In this document: positions 40,054 to 49,273 of the stretch, in pieces
How positions within the stretch are numbered: position 1 is the first letter of the stretch
How the letters are laid out: every line of letters starts with the position of its first letter
NCBI GenBank assembly: GCA_964432675.1
Contig: CAYSOG010000006.1
Coordinates: 1,824-65,823, forward strand
Reading direction: 5' to 3'
Length of the DNA: 64,000 nt
DNA from: an uncultured Gammaproteobacteria bacterium
GTDB lineage: Bacteria; Patescibacteriota; Microgenomatia; CAYSOG01
Notes under the pieces: model-generated
What the model was told of the DNA's origin: nothing
The model's input: the letters and a program-made list of their open reading frames with translations, nothing else
Databases searched by the model: none
Made by a program: the position numbers and the translations under genes

Positions 40054-40098
40054 GCGCCACGTTCATGCACTTGTGTACTGAACGTGGCGCTTTTTTAT
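40054..40098. terminator. Bidirectional rho-independent terminator
   Basis: GCGCCACGTTCA...TGAACGTGGCGC stem followed by TTTTTTAT, between convergent genes. Confidence 0.65.
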
Positions 40099-41156
40099 GC
40101 GCCAACTTTAAATTCAACGACATCGCCATCGTGCATTACATAATCCTTCCCTTCCATTCTGGCTTTGCCTTTTTCCCGAGCCTGCTTCCAACCGCCGAGT
40201 TGGACAAAATCTGCATAGTCGACCACTTCTGCCTTAATAAATTTTTGTTCGAAATCGGTGTGGATGATGCCCGCAGCTTGTGGTGCTTTGGTCCCGCGCT
40301 TAATAGTCCAAGCCCGTGTTTCTTTTTCGCCTGTTGTTAAAAAGCTAATCAGTCCTAAAACTTCATAACCCCTTTTGATTAACTTCTCCAACCCGCTTTG
40401 TTTTAGTCCATATTCGGCCATAAATGCTTCGGCGTCTTCTTTTGCCATTGAGGCTATTTCGGCCTCAATCTTAGCCGATATAAATACCATATCAGCATTA
40501 TCATGTTTGCTTATAACATCATTTTCATCAACATTCATAACAACAATTTTGGGTTTGATCGTTAGAAGATTTAATTCACGTATAAGGTCCTTTTCCTCAT
40601 CAGACAATGATAAATCGCGGACAGGTACCCCCCTATAGAGCCCGTCTATTACTTTGTCAATTGTCTCTTTTTGATTTTTTATTTGTAATTTTGATTTTTG
40701 CTGTCTGATTTTTGCATTTTCTGTTGTTTGCATGTCTGCTAGGACAAGCTCAGTATCTATCGTCTCGACATCAGATTCAGGATTTTCGCCGGTTTGAATA
40801 ACGTTAGTGTCAGAAAAAGCTCTAACAACATGGACAATGGCATCGCATTCACGAATATTAGCTAAAAATTGGTTTCCCAAACCTTCGCCTTGGTGGGCGT
40901 TTTTGACCAACCCCGCAATATCAATAAACTTCACCACCGCCGGTACGATTTTTTGAGAACTAGATAGATTAGCAAGGACTGCGAGGCGCTTGTCCGGCAC
41001 CTCAACCACCCCAATGTTCGGGTCAATTGTCGTAAACGGATAATTCGACGCCTGCGCCACCTGCTTCTTCAAAAGCGCGTTAAACAACGTCGACTTCCCC
41101 ACATTCGGCAACCCAACAATACCTATTGATAAGTTCATATTGTGCAATTGTACCAA
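40095..41156 (-). CDS. ychF: Redox-regulated ATPase/GTPase YchF
   Basis: 'GIVGLPNVGKSTLFNAL' P-loop and TGS-like C-terminal domain. Likely start at 'MNLSIG'. Confidence 0.9.
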   Translation of the reverse strand: MVQLHNMNLSIGIVGLPNVGKSTLFNALLKKQVAQASNYPFTTIDPNIGVVEVPDKRLAVLANLSSSQKIVPAVVKFIDIAGLVKNAHQGEGLGNQFLANIRECDAIVHVVRAFSDTNVIQTGENPESDVETIDTELVLADMQTTENAKIRQQKSKLQIKNQKETIDKVIDGLYRGVPVRDLSLSDEEKDLIRELNLLTIKPKIVVMNVDENDVISKHDNADMVFISAKIEAEIASMAKEDAEAFMAEYGLKQSGLEKLIKRGYEVLGLISFLTTGEKETRAWTIKRGTKAPQAAGIIHTDFEQKFIKAEVVDYADFVQLGGWKQAREKGKARMEGKDYVMHDGDVVEFKVGA

Positions 41157-42140
41157 ATTTTGATCGAAAATAACCTACAAACCTGTATATATTTACACAT
41201 ACCAGAAATTCTGATACCATACAAACCTATGACACCAGAAATAGCAGGAAGAATTGAACATATTGCGTTCCATCCGGTTAAGGGTGCTGCTGCGGTTGAA
41301 ACTTCAAGCGCGCGGCTAACGAAAGAAGGCATTGAAGGTGATCGGCAATTCATGGTTGTGCGGGCAGTACCAGACGAGCATGGTGTCTATAATTTCATAA
41401 CGCAACGAGACCGGCGCGATAACGCAGATAAACCACAAGGGCTGGCTGTACTATCCGTTATCAAACCTCAAATAGTAGACGGCCAAATGGTCCTAACCTG
41501 GGAAGGCCGGGATGCAATAGAAGTACCTCAAGACCGTAACGCAGGGCACGAAATATCCGTAAGAATTTGGGACGATGTGGTACAAGCAGTTGACCAAGGG
41601 AATAGGCTCGCCGAGTGGTTAAGTGACCATTTGCAACTGCAAACAAGGCTTGTAAAAGCTGCAGGTTCGTTCCGGCGCGATGCAAGGCAAAATTACGCGG
41701 TGAATGATAATACTGTACGATTTCAAGACGGCTATCCGGTCCATTGGTTTTATCAAGAATCAGTTGATGAGCTCTCAAAATTTGCGGAAGAACCAATTTC
41801 TTGGCGAACATTCAGGCCTAATTTAGTCGCAAGTGGCAGTCCAGCACAAACTGAGCATGTCATTTATTCTGGCGAGGTAGCCGGCATTCCATTCTTTGAT
41901 CCGAAGCCATGCGACCGGTGCCCTGTTACGAATGTCGACCAAGAAACCGGAGAGCTTAAAGTTGGTCGGGCCCTAAGGCATTTAGCGAAATATAAAAGGT
42001 GGCAAAAAAATACAGGTGAACAAGCCGTGATTTTTGGTGAGAATATGCTTCCTTTAAGTGAAGGCCAAATTAATGTCGGTGATGAAATTGTATTAATAGA
42101 GCGCAGATATCCTCCATTAAAATATGGTGCAAAACTCTAG
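41142..42140 (+). CDS. MOSC-domain protein (YcbX-like; likely start at 41229, 'MTPEIAG')
   Basis: MOSC N-terminal beta-barrel and the 'FRPNLVASG' MOSC signature. Confidence 0.7.
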   Translation: MQLYQILIENNLQTCIYLHIPEILIPYKPMTPEIAGRIEHIAFHPVKGAAAVETSSARLTKEGIEGDRQFMVVRAVPDEHGVYNFITQRDRRDNADKPQGLAVLSVIKPQIVDGQMVLTWEGRDAIEVPQDRNAGHEISVRIWDDVVQAVDQGNRLAEWLSDHLQLQTRLVKAAGSFRRDARQNYAVNDNTVRFQDGYPVHWFYQESVDELSKFAEEPISWRTFRPNLVASGSPAQTEHVIYSGEVAGIPFFDPKPCDRCPVTNVDQETGELKVGRALRHLAKYKRWQKNTGEQAVIFGENMLPLSEGQINVGDEIVLIERRYPPLKYGAKL

Positions 42141-42173
42141 TCAATCAGCGTGATTTCGTTACACAAGAATGCG

Positions 42174-43310
42174 TTAGCGGAGGTTGTATATTTGGTCGGC
42201 GAGGGTGGTTAGTTCTTGGGTGCCTTGGAGGATATTAATCCAGGCTTGGGGAAAGACCATGCCATTTTTGGCGCCGGCAAGGGCACCGTAGATTGAAGCA
42301 GTGCTGTCGCAGTCACCGCCGAAGTTGATTGTACGGAGCATGCCTTCGACTGGATTTCCCCAATACTTTTGGAACATGAAAATAGTGAATGGATAATTTC
42401 GGGTCACTGCCCAACCGGTACCAAGTTCGCTGTACGCCTCTTCCTCTTCAGCATCACGATTAGCCAAAACCCAAGCTAGCCGGTCGGCCAGCAATACCTT
42501 TTTCCCCTGCTCTTTTGAATATTCGAAACGCTTAGCGACGTTAACGACACTATCCAAAAACTCATCTTTCTCTAAATTGTACAGCAATGCGTATATGGCA
42601 TGCGCTTGGACAACACCGCTTGCAACCGAGCGGCCGTCTAAGTGTGTCATCTGCCCTACTCGCTCGGCAAACGCCAATCCCTCCCGATAATTTCCCTTCG
42701 CATACATATATAACCCTAGAGGTGCCACCTTTAAAGCAGGCGCATTACCAGGGTTTCTTGATTCCACACCAGAATTTTCTGGTGGAATACCGCGCTTGAG
42801 GTTTTCAAAGCCTTCGATGGTTGTTCCACCAAAACTGCCCCAATCGCCGCCGGTTTGTGCAAGGTCTTTGCGCTGTTCGTACACAAAAAGACTATGTTTG
42901 GCGACATTTTGCAGATCTAAACCACGGCTTTCAATAATTGAACGTGCGGTGATAACCGATAACCAAGTATCATCGGTCCACTGCCCTTTTTCTAAATTCG
43001 TGGAAATATATGGAATACGGCCGTTTTCATCGGCCTCAAGAATATTGCCGGCAGTATCTCTTACAAAAAATGGCTTGATCGGCTCGGTGATTGCGCCAAC
43101 ATGTCGGCGGATTTGTTCCCTATCCCAACCTTCAACCGGCATGCCCAAGGTGTCGCCGACTGCACCGCCGATCATTGTCGCGCGATAATGGCCTATCAGC
43201 TCTTTATCAACTAGCTCATTATTTGGGATAATATCTTTAGAACTTCTTTCGGCCATAATTCCCTTTCGCCGCCATTGTACCAGATTTTTGCTATAAAAAA
43301 AGCGCCACAT
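42174..43310 (-). CDS. ADP-ribosylglycohydrolase-family protein
   Basis: 'GAVGDTLGMPVEGW' and downstream Asp-rich metal-site motifs of the DraG/ARH family. Confidence 0.8.
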   Translation of the reverse strand: MWRFFYSKNLVQWRRKGIMAERSSKDIIPNNELVDKELIGHYRATMIGGAVGDTLGMPVEGWDREQIRRHVGAITEPIKPFFVRDTAGNILEADENGRIPYISTNLEKGQWTDDTWLSVITARSIIESRGLDLQNVAKHSLFVYEQRKDLAQTGGDWGSFGGTTIEGFENLKRGIPPENSGVESRNPGNAPALKVAPLGLYMYAKGNYREGLAFAERVGQMTHLDGRSVASGVVQAHAIYALLYNLEKDEFLDSVVNVAKRFEYSKEQGKKVLLADRLAWVLANRDAEEEEAYSELGTGWAVTRNYPFTIFMFQKYWGNPVEGMLRTINFGGDCDSTASIYGALAGAKNGMVFPQAWINILQGTQELTTLADQIYNLR

Positions 43311-43381
43311 TCAGTTCGCCAGCTGGCGAATGAACATGGCGCTCGTGATTTACCTAAGGAATGAATACATACCCTTACGTA

Positions 43382-43615
43382 TCATCCTTTTGGCTTTGCA
43401 ACACCTTGCAATTCCCCTTCTTCCATCTTGTGCAACCGGTCGAGGTGGAACCGTAAGGGGCCATCCTCTGTACTGACCAATGCCATATCGGTTCCGAGGA
43501 ACCGAAGTATTTTCCCCCGGTAATCTGGTACTGTCGGGATATATAGACTCCCCGTAAAAATTCCCACCTCTTCACCAATGGAAAACTGCTTGTCTTTGTA
43601 GGTACTTGTATCCAC
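43382..43615 (-). CDS. Small hypothetical protein (77 aa, GTG start)
   Basis: AGGAAAG RBS upstream. More protein-like than the overlapping alternative frame. Confidence 0.4.
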   Translation of the reverse strand: MDTSTYKDKQFSIGEEVGIFTGSLYIPTVPDYRGKILRFLGTDMALVSTEDGPLRFHLDRLHKMEEGELQGVAKPKG

Positions 43616-43663
43616 GCTACTTCTTTCCTATGCGCAATTAGCACTTTTGTGTTGTATAACTAC

Positions 43664-43984
43664 TTAACAGAAAAGTACATTGCGATCGTCGGTGATGATT
43701 GCCTTAATCTGCCGGTTAATTTCCGTTTTGCGTGCGGTACGCTCCGGTGTGTCATCTTCAGGATAGCATTCGATGTATGCCTTACCGTTCGCCACGTAGA
43801 ATTTGCCACCAAAACCAAAGTCGCCGATAAACCGGAATTCAATAGTCCCAGCCGGAGGTTCATCCGTAACATACTGGACAAACTGGGCCTTTATACTCTC
43901 GGACATTCCAGCCTCAGCGATAAGTAGCGTGGCTACTGCTTCCGCCTGTGCTTCGCTCAAATGGGTCAGATAGGTAAACTGCAA
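43664..43984 (-). CDS. Hypothetical protein (106 aa; TTG start or internal ATG)
   Basis: ORF with balanced composition. No recognisable domain. Confidence 0.4.
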   Translation of the reverse strand: MQFTYLTHLSEAQAEAVATLLIAEAGMSESIKAQFVQYVTDEPPAGTIEFRFIGDFGFGGKFYVANGKAYIECYPEDDTPERTARKTEINRQIKAIITDDRNVLFC

Positions 43985-44008
43985 TGCGAGTGCCCCTTTC
44001 CCAAAACA

Positions 44009-44764
44009 CTACTTCGCGTTCCACAATGCAAGTTCAAGCGGTGAATTTTCATCACCTGGTTGCGTTTGCCGAAAGCGGAAGTAATTTTTGGTACCAGTTT
44101 TTGGGTTTTCAAGCAAGACCATATTTTGGCCAATCGGTAAAACCCAATCTTCGGTTATCTCGTTCTCACTGCCATACTTTCCCCTATACGTGTTATAGGT
44201 AACAGCCAAAGCAACGCCACTTGAGCCGTCGGACATCTTTTTCTGGCGCGCCGTTATACCGGTTTCTTCCCCAGTTGCGGAAACAACTCTTACGGCGTAT
44301 CCGTTCGTTGTTTTGGCAACATCTGGCGGCTTATTTTGGGCCGCAAAGCTTGTAATCGCTGCCTTATCGTTATTCAGCTGCCACCCTTTTATAGATACCG
44401 AACTTTGGGCGGTTAGCGTATGTTTGCTTTCATAGTCAGCAAGTTTCTTCGGGGTATCATTATCAGATGACAACGCCCAAGCGAATAAACCAATGAATAA
44501 GCTCATGACAAGAATTGCCATAACAGTAATACCGGCATACTTGCCAAACCCTTTCAGCAGTTGTATCCGCTGCTGCTTTTTTTGATCGGCTATTTCTGAC
44601 CTGCCCTGGGCGAACGATTTCTGTTCGGTTGCCAGCCGTAGGATAAAATCGGCTTCAACACCGTACACACCGTGTTCCTGTAATTTTATACTGGTACTCT
44701 CTAAGGCCTCAACTTCTTCTTTCGAAAGGCCACAGTCAGTGACGCTAGCAATGACTTGCTGCAC
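44009..44764 (-). CDS. Single-pass membrane protein, paralog A (251 aa)
   Basis: Cytoplasmic helical N-domain, one TM helix and an extracytoplasmic beta-rich domain. Shares 'GWQLNNDKA...KPPD' and the C-terminal 'SPLELALWNAK' with the next ORF. Confidence 0.55.
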   Translation of the reverse strand: MQQVIASVTDCGLSKEEVEALESTSIKLQEHGVYGVEADFILRLATEQKSFAQGRSEIADQKKQQRIQLLKGFGKYAGITVMAILVMSLFIGLFAWALSSDNDTPKKLADYESKHTLTAQSSVSIKGWQLNNDKAAITSFAAQNKPPDVAKTTNGYAVRVVSATGEETGITARQKKMSDGSSGVALAVTYNTYRGKYGSENEITEDWVLPIGQNMVLLENPKTGTKNYFRFRQTQPGDENSPLELALWNAK

Positions 44765-44860
44765 TGCTTCCTCCTTTACACTCGTGTCGTGGCATGAAGC
44801 GATAAAGAAAGCACTCCATACTCTTTATTGTGAGCATGGAGTGCAATGGTAATTACCTCG

Positions 44861-45637
44861 TTACTTCGCGTTCCATAAGGCAATTTCAACAGGTGAATTG
44901 TCGTCACTGTTTGTATTGGTCCGCCGAACGCGCAGATAATTTTTGGTATGCGTGTATGGGTCTTCGACAACAACAGTGTCATGCCCTAATGGCAGCACCC
45001 ATTCTTCCTTTACCAAGGTGAAGGTATCGGTCGACGATGAAGTATATGGCTTTAGGCTTGTGACAACGATTAATTTAACGCCGTTACTGTTATCAGAGCG
45101 AGTGACGGTGTCAAAACGGATAAAGGTCAATGCCCCGGCAACGGTGTGGATATCCTCGTTTGTGCCAACAGTCTTGATCGAATCGGGCGGCTTATTTTCA
45201 GCACGGAATGTGGCAAGATCTGCCTTGTCATTATTAAGCCGCCAACCAGTTAGAGAAATAGTGCTGGTGTTCGTTAAAGTATGGCTTTGTTCGTAGTTGA
45301 GCCTATCATTATAGGTATTTCGGGCTTGCGCATCGGGTGATCCACAGTTACCCCACCAACTGGCCATTCCCCAGATACAAAGCAGGCCAATAACAACTAA
45401 CGGCGTTATCCAAGAAGCTTTTATAATGAGCTTATGGTTTCGTTCCCTTGACTCTTCAGCCCTCACCGACCGGTTTCGGGCATAGGGTTCTTGCTCTATG
45501 GCAAACTTTAAAGCCCAATCAGCTTCAACAGGCCGTACGCCAGCTCTCGCTAATTTCCGGTTTACACTCTTAAAGGCATTGACTTCTTCCGATGTCAAGC
45601 CAAAATCCGGATTAGGATTAGTTGCAAGCCTTGCCAT
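44861..45637 (-). CDS. Single-pass membrane protein, paralog B (258 aa)
   Basis: 'GWRLNNDKA...KPPD' and C-terminal 'SPVEIALWNAK'. Same topology as paralog A. Confidence 0.55.
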   Translation of the reverse strand: MARLATNPNPDFGLTSEEVNAFKSVNRKLARAGVRPVEADWALKFAIEQEPYARNRSVRAEESRERNHKLIIKASWITPLVVIGLLCIWGMASWWGNCGSPDAQARNTYNDRLNYEQSHTLTNTSTISLTGWRLNNDKADLATFRAENKPPDSIKTVGTNEDIHTVAGALTFIRFDTVTRSDNSNGVKLIVVTSLKPYTSSSTDTFTLVKEEWVLPLGHDTVVVEDPYTHTKNYLRVRRTNTNSDDNSPVEIALWNAK

Positions 45638-45793
45638 GATGAAACTCCTTTACGGAATAGGATGTCAAAGTACTCCACCTAAGGTTGATAACCTTAAACG
45701 AATAGCTGCATTATAGAGCGAAAACACTCTGAACACAATACTATGAGGTAGTATCTAGCATGCGGGTTAATTCGTTTCGGAAGGCACACTCTT

Positions 45794-46075
45794 CTAAAAC
45801 CCTTGCAGTAAATCAACCAGGTCTTTAAGGTAGCCCCAGTATGGGTGCATACGATCGCCCATATTAAAGACAATCAGGTCCCCAAGTTCTGGTTGACGAG
45901 TAATAAGGCCCTTATCAAATGTCACCACCCCATTCAGGCTGGTAAATAAGTGGCCGTCATAGAAAAGAAATGGATGGTTTGTGCCATCTTGGCAGACCGC
46001 CATACCATAGCCAGCATACCCAGGATTACTGCCAGGTTGTATTTCGGAAACCTTAGCGACTAAGAGGCCAAACAT
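45794..46075 (-). CDS. Hypothetical protein (93 aa)
   Basis: ORF only. Gly/aromatic-rich. Confidence 0.35.
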   Translation of the reverse strand: MFGLLVAKVSEIQPGSNPGYAGYGMAVCQDGTNHPFLFYDGHLFTSLNGVVTFDKGLITRQPELGDLIVFNMGDRMHPYWGYLKDLVDLLQGF

Positions 46076-46257
46076 GCTTCACTCTCCTCAAGCATACACA
46101 AATTGTAAAAGTACGAAACTGCTTCAGACTTGCTGAACGGTCTTAATTATAGCAATAATTTGCCTTAATTACATCTATAGGCCTTATTTTCTAAGATTGG
46201 ACGAAAAAAGCGAAAATTAGTTGCATAATACCCATTTTTATCGCTATACTAAAAAAG

Positions 46258-46743
46258 ATGGTAAAAAAGGTTGTCCTTCTGGTAGCGGCATTGGCACTTA
46301 TAGCAGTAGCTTATTATGGTATAAAGCAAAGTAAATCGGTTTCAGCGCCGCAAATAATGCAAGTAACACCAGCATCCTCTTCGGTAGCCTCCACTTCTGC
46401 AAGCATTACTCCTTCCGCAAGCTCGAATGGCCTTGCCAATCCAGCTTCGGTAAACTGTGGCAACTTGGGTGGCAAACTGAGTATCCAAACCCGCGGTGAT
46501 GGCGGCCAATATGGCGTGTGTGATTTCGGCAGCGGGTATTCATGCGAAGAATGGGCATTATACCGCGGCGATTGTCCAAAGACCGGTGTTAAGACAACTG
46601 GCTTTGACACCAAGGCCCAAATTTATTGTGCCCAGGTTGGTGGCAAAACACTAGCGGTAGCAAACGCAACATGTACGTTTCCAAACGGTAAGTCATGTCC
46701 TGTGAACGACCTCTTCAATGGCAAGTGCCAAGCAACTCCATAA
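46258..46743 (+). CDS. Secreted DUF333-like (putative haemolysin-like) protein with duplicated Cys-rich module
   Basis: Signal anchor. Two 'CxxxGGK...GVCxF..G..C' modules ('NPASVNCGNLGGK...CEEW..YRGDC'). Confidence 0.6.
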   Translation: MVKKVVLLVAALALIAVAYYGIKQSKSVSAPQIMQVTPASSSVASTSASITPSASSNGLANPASVNCGNLGGKLSIQTRGDGGQYGVCDFGSGYSCEEWALYRGDCPKTGVKTTGFDTKAQIYCAQVGGKTLAVANATCTFPNGKSCPVNDLFNGKCQATP

Positions 46744-46841
46744 CATCTCATCGGATATTCCACTATCTCGAATAACAAAGCGCATTTTTATTCCGAAAAT
46801 TTTTCCAAAAAACACTAACCACTCATCACATCACCAAAAAC

Positions 46842-47093
46842 TTGACACAGCAAGCAAAAACGGCATACAGTGAAAGCAGAGGAAGGAGGTGGATTTCTGT
46901 GCAAAGAACACTCGATCATGTAACCCGATGGGCACTTGTTATTGGCGGCCTACTTTGGGCGTATGAAGGTTTTACGAATACTGACCTTGTCATGCGCACG
47001 TTCGGCAGCGCCGAACAGGTTGTTGATATTATTGTTTTCGGCGGTTCGGCATTATATGTCGCCTACCGAATGGTTAGCCGAAAGAATGGCTAA
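46842..47093 (+). CDS. Small membrane protein, hypothetical
   Basis: 83-aa ORF with two hydrophobic segments. Confidence 0.35.
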   Translation: MTQQAKTAYSESRGRRWISVQRTLDHVTRWALVIGGLLWAYEGFTNTDLVMRTFGSAEQVVDIIVFGGSALYVAYRMVSRKNG

Positions 47094-47109
47094 GGTATCA
47101 TTTTATTAA

Positions 47110-47178
47110 ACTACTCCGCTTACGCAGCAAGACAGGTATTATTATTCGATTGCTTGCAAAAAAGCGGAGTAGTTTTTT
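47110..47178. terminator. Long hairpin (CTACTCCGCTT/AAGCGGAGTAG) with a nested inner hairpin, followed by TTTTTTAT
   Basis: Inverted repeats read directly. Lies between convergent genes. Confidence 0.5.
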
Positions 47179-47257
47179 ATTGGCAAAATTTCTCCACGAA
47201 AAAAGCAATAAAAAAACCCTGGCCACCGTTTTGTATGGTAACCAGGGCATATCATAA

Positions 47258-47557
47258 TCAGATCGCGGACGCTTCAGCTTCCTCTGAAAGGATCTTACTA
47301 TACGGATCACGTCGTAGGTCTATACACTCACACTCAGGATAATTAATTTGTTCTACGATCGTATCGCGTAGCCGAGTAAGTTGCTCATATTTCAAGGACA
47401 CTACTTCACCTCGAGGCTTGTGATACGAAATTTCTACAATTGAGCCGTCAATACAGTGAAGCTTCAGGTTGGTATTATCGACCGATTTTCCTAGCTCGAT
47501 ACGACAGCAAAGTGCTGTGTCGCCAAGTGGTGTGGTAATCCATACTGGACTTGCCAT
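47258..47557 (-). CDS. Hypothetical protein (99 aa)
   Basis: ORF only. Confidence 0.35.
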   Translation of the reverse strand: MASPVWITTPLGDTALCCRIELGKSVDNTNLKLHCIDGSIVEISYHKPRGEVVSLKYEQLTRLRDTIVEQINYPECECIDLRRDPYSKILSEEAEASAI

Positions 47558-47661
47558 AGTTTCTATCTCCTGTCTCTTCTTTTCAGACTAACGAATATGC
47601 GATTAAGATACTACTGTCAGAAAAGCCTAAAGCTTTGTTAATGGATAAATTCTATAAAGTG

Positions 47662-48249
47662 CTAGATCCAGCCCTTTTTGTAGAAATAAAGCCTTGCTAA
47701 AATTTCATATACAATATTCCGCCAGTGGCCTCGAGTTTGCCAGTGCAGTGAGTTGGGATCGTATGGCACGCCAAAAGTATTGGCAGCGAATACTTCGCTA
47801 AATCCAAGCTTTTTCGTGGTCCAGACTGCCCGAACCATTTGGTCTGGATGCGCAACAATCAAGGCAGTATTCCACCCTCGGTAGCGACAAAGGCTTAATG
47901 CACGCTCTCCTATTTCATGGGTATTCGGTTCTTTGCGGGCAAACATCGATCTTCGTACATTTAACGAGACCTGCCGACGCAAGCCATATGGCAGACAATC
48001 AACAAGTTGCTCTTGCAAGATAAAAGGGATATTGTAGCCTTGGTGTAGCTCAACGGCAATTGCGGCCAACCGCTCGTTTGCTGGGCTTGAACCGTCTTTC
48101 CTTAAACCGCTCGCAAAGCCAATGATAACCTTTGCCCCAGCCTGCGTTGCTGTAAGGCTGGGCTTCATATGCCAGGTAAAAATACAGCGCCAGATCTTAA
48201 TTAGGTCCAAACCGGCACCCCTTTGTTGAGGATTTTGTAAACGTGCCAA
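47662..48249 (-). CDS. Hypothetical protein (195 aa; possibly DUF218/YdcF-like)
   Basis: ORF with globular composition. The family assignment is a guess. Confidence 0.4.
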   Translation of the reverse strand: MARLQNPQQRGAGLDLIKIWRCIFTWHMKPSLTATQAGAKVIIGFASGLRKDGSSPANERLAAIAVELHQGYNIPFILQEQLVDCLPYGLRRQVSLNVRRSMFARKEPNTHEIGERALSLCRYRGWNTALIVAHPDQMVRAVWTTKKLGFSEVFAANTFGVPYDPNSLHWQTRGHWRNIVYEILARLYFYKKGWI

Positions 48250-48310
48250 GATACTTGGAAATTGCTTTTCCTTTCAATACCCAAATATCTTTTGGATGGT
48301 GAAAGGAAAA

Positions 48311-48336
48311 GCGGAGGGCCAATTTAGGCCCTCCGC
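48311..48336 (-). terminator. Perfect 10-bp hairpin GCGGAGGGCC/GGCCCTCCGC at the left edge of the high-GC segment
   Basis: Followed on the minus strand by TTTTCCTTTC. Confidence 0.5.
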
Positions 48337-48528
48337 GATTAGATACTACAGATGCAGCGTTGCGGCAACACGGCCGGCAAAAAAACCGCAATGGTAGCCG
48401 ATTGAATAACCAAAGGCATGTGCCCGCTGATGGACGCGCAACCGAAAGGTTGGGTCGATAAGCTTTGCGGCAAAGTGCCTTACGATAGAGCTTCTCATTG
48501 GCGTTTCTCCTTTACGCTTTTGCGAAAC

Positions 48529-48987
48529 TTATTCGGTAAGAGCAACCGCGGCGGCCGCAGGGCCACTACTCGGCCGATGCGGCACAGGCGAACCAAAAGG
48601 ACCGTCGCCACCATCATCGAGTCGAGTTGGCCCGCTTTCCCCCGGCGAATTTGGCGGAGCAGGAATTTGGTCGAACGCAATCTTCAATGCTACGGATATG
48701 CTAAACTCTTGCTCACACGCTTCACAGGTTGCCAGATGGGCATAAAAAGCCTGATAGTCATGTTCCCTACGATGGCTTCGACCGTCGGCAAAGATTTCTG
48801 TCATGGCTTCCATGAGCCAACGCGCCTGTTGGTGTGTTGCCGGCTGCCAATTAAATAGTTGGGCCTGCAATATTCGCCAGCGCCGAATACAAATGGGACA
48901 CTTTACAATATGGTCGTCGAGAAGTTCGATATTGTACCTTATGTGAAATTCCTGCTGAGGGCAAAAATCGAAACCTTGTCTTGCCAT
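48529..48987 (-). CDS. Zinc-finger protein with zf-HC2-like motif (anti-sigma-factor-like) and Pro/Gly-rich tail
   Basis: 'CPICIRRW' plus 'HLATCEAC' (H-x3-C-x2-C). Confidence 0.45.
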   Translation of the reverse strand: MARQGFDFCPQQEFHIRYNIELLDDHIVKCPICIRRWRILQAQLFNWQPATHQQARWLMEAMTEIFADGRSHRREHDYQAFYAHLATCEACEQEFSISVALKIAFDQIPAPPNSPGESGPTRLDDGGDGPFGSPVPHRPSSGPAAAAVALTE

Positions 48988-49188
48988 GGGCTTGTCTTCT
49001 CCCTGCTACTTGTCGCTGCTGTAGAAATTAAAGTGCTTATAGTACTAGCTCAACCTTTATTCGTAGGGTTAAACTATGGACATTATAACAGAGAGACACT
49101 CTTGGGTCAATAACTATAGGATGTAAAATCTTGCAATGCAACAGTTGTAGCCTGAAACATTGTAAAAGATAGATGGTAATTTTCCATA

Positions 49189-49223
49189 GAAAAAGGGCGG
49201 TTGTCTTGTAAGACAACCGCCCT
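49189..49223 (-). terminator. Rho-independent terminator (GGGCGGTTGTCTT-gta-AGACAACCGCCC) for the high-GC gene
   Basis: Perfect 12-13-bp stem with a T5 run on the minus strand. Confidence 0.65.
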
Positions 49224-49273
49224 GGGTTGGTGTCCGCCATGGTGGCGAACGGGTTTCGTTGAACGGGCCGAGG

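Noticed and set aside
43375-43644. Alternative 89-aa frame overlapping the 43382-43615 ORF.
   Set aside because: The other frame has more balanced composition and an RBS-supported GTG start, so only one of the two is likely real.
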